The position numbers were made by a program, and so were the translations under genes. Positions 58,784-64,000 of a DNA stretch of 64,000 nt are shown piece by piece. The DNA comes from a virus, in IMG/VR virus record IMGVR_UViG_3300032893_000009, positions 32,001 to 96,000 of that record; one strand, 5' to 3'. Below the pieces are notes generated by a model. The model had not been told where the DNA came from. It did not search any database and saw only the letters and a program-made list of their open reading frames with translations. Every line of letters starts with the position of its first letter. The first letter of the stretch is position 1.

Positions 58784-59191
58784 ATGAGCAAGACGTTAGA
58801 CAATACCAAGAAGTGGGAGGTCATCTCTCCCGAGGGCTATGTTCTCGGCATGGTGGCGTGGCATGCGCCTTGGCGGCGCTACCGCTTCTGGTCGCTGAGC
58901 GGCACAGTGATGAGAAACATCGATGGCAAGTTCAGTACAGACGGGTGTGAGATATTCAATACCGTGTCCGGTGCGGAGATACCGCAGGACGAGCCCTTGT
59001 TTCTGCTCCGCGCCCGTGATCGGAATGCTGTGGCCACTCTTGAGGCCTATCGCGTGCTTTGCAAGGAATCCGGCTGCAACAACCTGCACATAAAGGGCGT
59101 GGAACAGACCATCCGCAAATTTCAGGACTTTGCGGACGCACACCCGACAGCTATGAAACAGCCCGGCGTGACCCGCGATCTGAAGCTGTGA
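58784..59191 (+). CDS. Hypothetical phage protein
   Basis: DEPLFLLRARD motif; AAGGAG RBS. Confidence 0.65.
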   Translation: MSKTLDNTKKWEVISPEGYVLGMVAWHAPWRRYRFWSLSGTVMRNIDGKFSTDGCEIFNTVSGAEIPQDEPLFLLRARDRNAVATLEAYRVLCKESGCNNLHIKGVEQTIRKFQDFADAHPTAMKQPGVTRDLKL

Positions 59192-59203
59192 AGGAGGCAG
59201 GCG

Positions 59204-59671
59204 GTGCCCATTCGCATGACCAAAGCTGAGCTGCTGGCCGTTCGTGTTGAGGAGCGGGCCAAGATGCGCGTGAAGCAGAAGCAATCAGCCTTCATGCGCC
59301 GCACCCTTTCCATCTACAACGGGCAGAACAAGCGTATAGAGGCTGCCAACGCCGGGGCGCTGCCCTACACCCTTGCTGAGTTCCGCAGCGCAGCCCAGCG
59401 GGCTCTGGACACTGGCTGCTGCTTCTATTGCGGCACCAAGCTGACAGTGCGCAATCTGACTCCTGACCACAAGGTGGCGCTGGCGGCCTGTGGCAGCTGG
59501 AATCTGGACAACCTCGCGTGGTGCTGCCAGAGCTGCAACTGGGAAAAGGGACGGCTCAGCGCGACCGAGTTTCAGGAGCTGCTGCTGTTCCTCGACGAGC
59601 ACCTGAGCCCGGCATCATCCGCCGACGTGAAGCGGCGCTTGAGCATCGGTGGCAAGTGGAGCTGGAAATGA
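59204..59671 (+). CDS. HNH endonuclease (McrA-like fold)
   Basis: CFYCG...DHKVAL..G....NL...CQSCN..K. Confidence 0.85.
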   Translation: MPIRMTKAELLAVRVEERAKMRVKQKQSAFMRRTLSIYNGQNKRIEAANAGALPYTLAEFRSAAQRALDTGCCFYCGTKLTVRNLTPDHKVALAACGSWNLDNLAWCCQSCNWEKGRLSATEFQELLLFLDEHLSPASSADVKRRLSIGGKWSWK

Positions 59672-59765
59672 AGCTCAGGATGGACTCGGACGACTTGTTG
59701 AAGGCGGCGCTGGTTTTGATCTGGCCTGTGACAGGATTGCTTATCTGGTTTTTAGGGGTGGGCAA

Positions 59766-60161
59766 ATGAACCCCGGCTACGTGAGGACGGCGCTGATCTT
59801 CGCCATGCTGCTTATCGCCATCGTGCTGGGCGTGACAGTGTGCCACAGGCACGTTCGCCCACGTCCCCAGCTTCCGCCTGCCCTGACTTCTTCAAACAGC
59901 GTGCTCATCGTGCATGATGCAGAGGGCCGTACCATAGCGATATGTGACCACTACGACGACACAACCTATGTGGCCAGCAAATGCACTGTTGTATCGGTGG
60001 ACGGACTATTGTCGGCGATGGCTCTGATGGAGCACCAGCGCAGCAACAAGGAGCAGTCACAGCGTTACGTGATTGATTACCTGCTGGGCAAGATCAGGGA
60101 GTTGCAGGAGCAGCTGGGCGTTCCCCACGCCCCGACTGGCATACTGGAGAGGGACCTGTGA
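59766..60161 (+). CDS. Membrane-anchored hypothetical protein
   Basis: N-terminal TM helix. Confidence 0.55.
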   Translation: MNPGYVRTALIFAMLLIAIVLGVTVCHRHVRPRPQLPPALTSSNSVLIVHDAEGRTIAICDHYDDTTYVASKCTVVSVDGLLSAMALMEHQRSNKEQSQRYVIDYLLGKIRELQEQLGVPHAPTGILERDL

Positions 60162-60475
60162 TAACCGATTCGACGTGGTATGAGGTGGAGTGGCGCATCG
60201 CAACCCACCCCGCTAATCCGTGGCACCGTTACTGCGACGATCCTCTGAGCTATGACAATGCTCTGGTTTTCAAAAAGGACCATGAAGCGAGCGGTCCTTA
60301 CGAGTGTCGCATTGTGCGCGTCACGATGACTCGTGAGGTGATTGACGAAGCTGCTTGGAAGGGATTCTGACATGAAGACCAAGCCTCTGCCGCCGAAATT
60401 GAAGGCACACTACGAGCGCAGGAACAAAATTTGGAAGGAGGCTGCTATGCCCCTTGGATCGGAGGTGCAACGCGC

Positions 60476-62531
60476 ATGCTGACACGCCAAAATTCCGTAT
60501 GTTTTCTAGGAGCTTGGTTGGACGCATGCGCGTGACCATGCTCTTTGGCGCTTCTACTACCCGCACCAGAACATCCCCGGGTCGAGCTTCTACTGCTTCG
60601 CCAACGCCCCTAACTTCGACGTGATCGCGGGCTGCGACGTGGTGGTGGTGCAGCGCTGCTGTTCCCTGCCCCAGTTCAACTTCATCAACACCTGCCGGAG
60701 TCTGGGCGCGAAGATCATCTACGATCTGGACGACGATGTGTGGGACCTGCCGGAGTACAACCCCGCGCACCAGCCGCTCAAGCAGATGCGCGAGGGTTTC
60801 ATCCAGTGCATCCGGGTGACCGATCTGGTGACCTGTTCCACCAAGACGCTGGCCAAGCGCATCAAGGCCAACGTGAAGCACATGATCAACCCGGCCACGC
60901 GCCGGGAGATTCCCATCGTGGTGTGCGAGAACTGGATGGAGGAGCGGTTGTACGCGACGCCGATGCCGCGCCCCGAGTTCATTGTCGGCTGGAGTGGTTC
61001 GAGTTCCCACGTGGGCGATCTGGAGCTGGTCTACGATGCCCTTAAAGGGGCTGTAGAGGCCCGCCCTGATGCCGTGGTGGAGTTCCGGGGCTGCGAGCCC
61101 AGCGACCGCCTGCGCACCCTGCCTAACTTCCAGCACCGGCCATGGTGTCCGGTGGCCGAATTCTCCGCGCGCATGCCGGTGTGGGGCTGGAGCGTGGCTC
61201 TCGCGCCGCTGACCGACCACGCTTTCAACGAGGCCAAGTGTCTCGCGCCCAGCACATCTATTATCGGCAAGAAATGTGGCCGCTTAGTGCGCACCAATTT
61301 AGCCGACTTTCTCAGTGACGGTGATAATCACATGCTGCCCGGTCCTGATGGACGATGGAGGCGTGTTACGGCATGGGAAAAACAGCCTTTTGGGGCAGCA
61401 TTGTCTGTGCACATGAAGGGCGGTGACATGCTGCATGTGACCCCCAAGCACCGCTTTATTCTTGACGACGGAAAAGAGGTGTGCGCTAAGGATATTAAGC
61501 CCGGGATGATTTTGCGGGAGGCGGACCTGTCTCCGTTAATCGACGATTCTACGGGTCTGCTTGACTTCGAGGCAGGTTGGTTTGTCGGGCATTTTATCGG
61601 TGACGGCAATTGGGGTATGCAATGTGGATCAGGAAAGCGGGGAGGGAATAATCAAGTTGGCTTCGCATGCCATGCGGACCAGAATGTTTTGCATCACAAG
61701 ATCAGGAAATTTGCTGAGAAGCATCATGCGGTGGTAACTGAGTCCGTGATCAGTGCGCGTGGTATCCGTCTGGAGGTGAGTGGAGCGTATGTACATGGTC
61801 TGTTGCGCCAGTGTGTGATTGGGTCCACTAGCCAAGACAAGAGGCTGTCTGTGGCTGCGTGGAATGCGGGCAGGCAGTTTTTACAGGGTGTCCTGATAGG
61901 TTGGCTGGAGGCCGGCGGAAGTTATGCCAAGCCAACTTCAGCTGAGAGGTCTGGACGACGCCCCGGTACATGGAACTTCAGTATAACTCGTAACTGGGGA
62001 TGGCTACGTGACGTGCAGGCTATGTGCTCAGTTCTGGGCTACAGGATGCGCTATCGACGTGGTTTTGCTTCTTGTAAGGGAAAGCAGTTCAAAGTGGTGC
62101 GCGGGTCGATCAACCTTGCATACGTCCCTTATCAGTCGAACGTCTCTCCATTCGAGGTTGCAAGTGTAGAGCACATTCGCACTTCTACTATTGCTGTGGA
62201 GGTTGAGGGTGACCATCTCTTCGTCTTGCCCAGCGGTCTCGTCACGCACAACAGTGCCATCAAAATGTTTGAAGCCGCATATTGCCGCATTCCATGCCTT
62301 GCCAGCTGGTCGAAGCCTTATGACGACTTCACCAGCCACGACCCCGAGCTGCGCTGGTTACTATGCGCTGGTCAAAGCGCTTGGCAACCCAAACTGCGTG
62401 ATCTGGTGTGTGATGAGGCGCGACGTATCGATCTGGGAAACCGGATGTACAACGTCCTGCACGAACACTATTCCTTCGACCGGCCCCACCCCGGGTGGGC
62501 CGAGGCGCTGAGGATGGTAAGGGGGCTGTGA
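60476..62531 (+). CDS. GT-B (GT4-like) glycosyltransferase with intein, interrupted by a 10-nt coding gap at 60533-60542
   Basis: VVVQR, YDLDDD, GWSGSSSH..DL, APL....FN.AK|S.IK..E; RBS GGAGGT and ATG 60476 lie in a different frame from the body. Confidence 0.75.
61239..62252 (+). mobile_element. Intein (338 aa) with LAGLIDADG-type domain in the glycosyltransferase
   Basis: K|CLAPSTSI...VTPKHRF...FVGHFIGDG...LPSGLVTHN|S; GC drop. Confidence 0.92.
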
Positions 62532-62681
62532 TGCGCTGGTTGATGAAGTTCTTCGTGCATCTGATCGATCTGCTGACCGGCTTGGCCATGCTCATGCTGA
62601 TGTTCATCGGCGTGGTGGTTGCGTTGCCTTCTGCATTCGTTCACGGCCTGACCGACGAAATCCTCGGAGAGGAGGGGTCCG

Positions 62682-62957
62682 ATGGAGCTGCTAGTCATTA
62701 GCCTTGTCTTCTTGGGTCCGCTGGCCGTCTACGTGCTGGTGGTGGCTTTCCGGGCGTGGATCGAAGTGCGCTCGACGCCCAAGGTCGATTACTTCACCTG
62801 TGATAAGCACGGATCGTTCCCCCTGAAGTGGGCCATTGACATGCCCATGGACGACGGAGGTCCGCCGCACAAGGTGTGCTGCTTCTGCTTTCAGGACGCC
62901 TACAAGCGCGCCGATTCAATAGTGCGAGAGCAGGAGCAGAAGGCGACGATCCACTGA
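62682..62957 (+). CDS. Small membrane protein with Zn-binding motif
   Basis: TM segment plus CxxH...CxxC. Confidence 0.6.
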   Translation: MELLVISLVFLGPLAVYVLVVAFRAWIEVRSTPKVDYFTCDKHGSFPLKWAIDMPMDDGGPPHKVCCFCFQDAYKRADSIVREQEQKATIH

Positions 62958-62983
62958 TTCCCTATAGTGAAGTGAGGTGTTCC

Positions 62984-63226
62984 ATGGAGCATGACCTTAC
63001 AACTTTCGAGTTCGAGGTGAACAGCGACACGGCCATGATTGCCATGGTCGTCGGTGACAATGCCACGGTGGAGCTTGTGACCGGGGACGAGTCTGTGGAG
63101 CTTAGCGGCAGGAAGGATGCGCTGCTGCGCCTCCTTTGGAAGTGTGTCGAGGCCCTGAACGGTGAGCCGTTGCCTTGCGTTACCACCTCGGTATTGGAGC
63201 AGCTGAATGAGCCCCCGCAACGATGA
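62984..63226 (+). CDS. Hypothetical protein
   Basis: GAGGTG RBS downstream of the promoter motif. Confidence 0.55.
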   Translation: MEHDLTTFEFEVNSDTAMIAMVVGDNATVELVTGDESVELSGRKDALLRLLWKCVEALNGEPLPCVTTSVLEQLNEPPQR

Positions 63227-63411
63227 TTACGAGGCCAGCCTTTCCAAACGGGCCGCAGACCGGGCAATCGATGCTTTGCAGGGTTGCACACTTACCAAAG
63301 AGGACGCACTGAGGATTGCTGAAGCAGTGCTGCAGTGTGTGCGGCCTGATCCTGTCGCAGAGCTGCCGGAATTCAGAGAACCATGGGGATGGAATGTGGG
63401 GGAGCTTACTG

Positions 63412-64000
63412 ATGGTGGCCACTGAGGACATCCTGTTCATCATGCCCAAGGACCGCGAGCTGCAGTTCCCGGCCATGGCCGCGCTGCAGTCCTACGTGAA
63501 CAACTACCAGATGAAGATGGAATCCAACTGCGTGACGACGGTCATGCCTGAGTACCGCTTCCGCTACCAGACCACCATGAGCCCGGAGGACTGGGAGCTG
63601 TTCGCCAAGCTGGGCATCGCTCTTGTCCAGCAGCCGGAGCAGATCAGCTTCCCCGACTCGGTGATCGAGATGAGCGACGCGAAGATTCTGAGCTTCTACA
63701 ACTCCGAGAAGCATGCCGCGCAGGTGTGCGCCGCGCTCAGCGGGGTGGAGGCTCCGCCCTATCCCAAGGTGAAGCAGCCAACGCCGGGGCTGGCGAGCGG
63801 GGTGCTGTGCATCACCGACTACCCGGTGCCCCACACCCTGTTGGAGAAGGTTTTGCAGTGGAGAGGCGAATATAGTGTGCAGCTGATGATCTCTGAAGAT
63901 TGGACGCGCCTGCTGGACACGACCACGGATGCTGCGCCCACTCCGGTTTACGTGGGCACGCAGAGCTGGCAGACCTATGCTCTGTCGGCCATGAATCTGC
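63412..64000 (+). CDS. Hypothetical protein (runs off the window)
   Basis: GGAG RBS, ATG 63412, open to the window end. Confidence 0.65.
   Translation, partial: MVATEDILFIMPKDRELQFPAMAALQSYVNNYQMKMESNCVTTVMPEYRFRYQTTMSPEDWELFAKLGIALVQQPEQISFPDSVIEMSDAKILSFYNSEKHAAQVCAALSGVEAPPYPKVKQPTPGLASGVLCITDYPVPHTLLEKVLQWRGEYSVQLMISEDWTRLLDTTTDAAPTPVYVGTQSWQTYALSAMNL

Noticed and set aside
60507-60535. Stop-codon reassignment as the explanation for the broken GT start
   Set aside because: TAG and TGA end many coupled genes normally here, and the two parts are in different frames.

Overview
A 64 kb slice of a large, GC-rich tailed dsDNA phage genome. Nearly all genes are on the + strand and tightly coupled. 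The host is unknown; the surface-protein style suggests Acidobacteria, which is inference only. (i) About 0.3-29 kb is a replication/recombination module: SF2 helicase, DnaB-like helicase, primase, 5'-3' exonuclease, sigma-like protein, Dam-type methylase, probable beta-clamp, UDG-fused family A polymerase with an intein, gp32-like SSB, RecA, DnaX-like loader and a fused Mre11-Rad50. (ii) About 29-38 kb holds accessory genes: cold-shock protein, glycan enzymes and Ro60/TROVE. (iii) About 39-56 kb encodes signal-peptide-bearing adhesin-like proteins plus head and lysis genes. (iv) About 56-64 kb has small ORFs and glycosyltransferases. The best signal is a promoter-driven tandem array of five Y RNA-like units (32783-33348) directly upstream of Ro60. 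The units share a covarying Ro-binding stem but carry different apical modules: a class II tRNA mimic, a class I tRNA mimic, a T-arm/minihelix mimic and two non-tRNA modules. Other signals are a probable -1 programmed frameshift (36485), a 10-nt coding gap or possible translational bypass in an intein-containing glycosyltransferase (60533), and a recurring GACG-N14-TAnnnT promoter motif (10 copies). All calls come from reading motifs by eye; no database searches were run.
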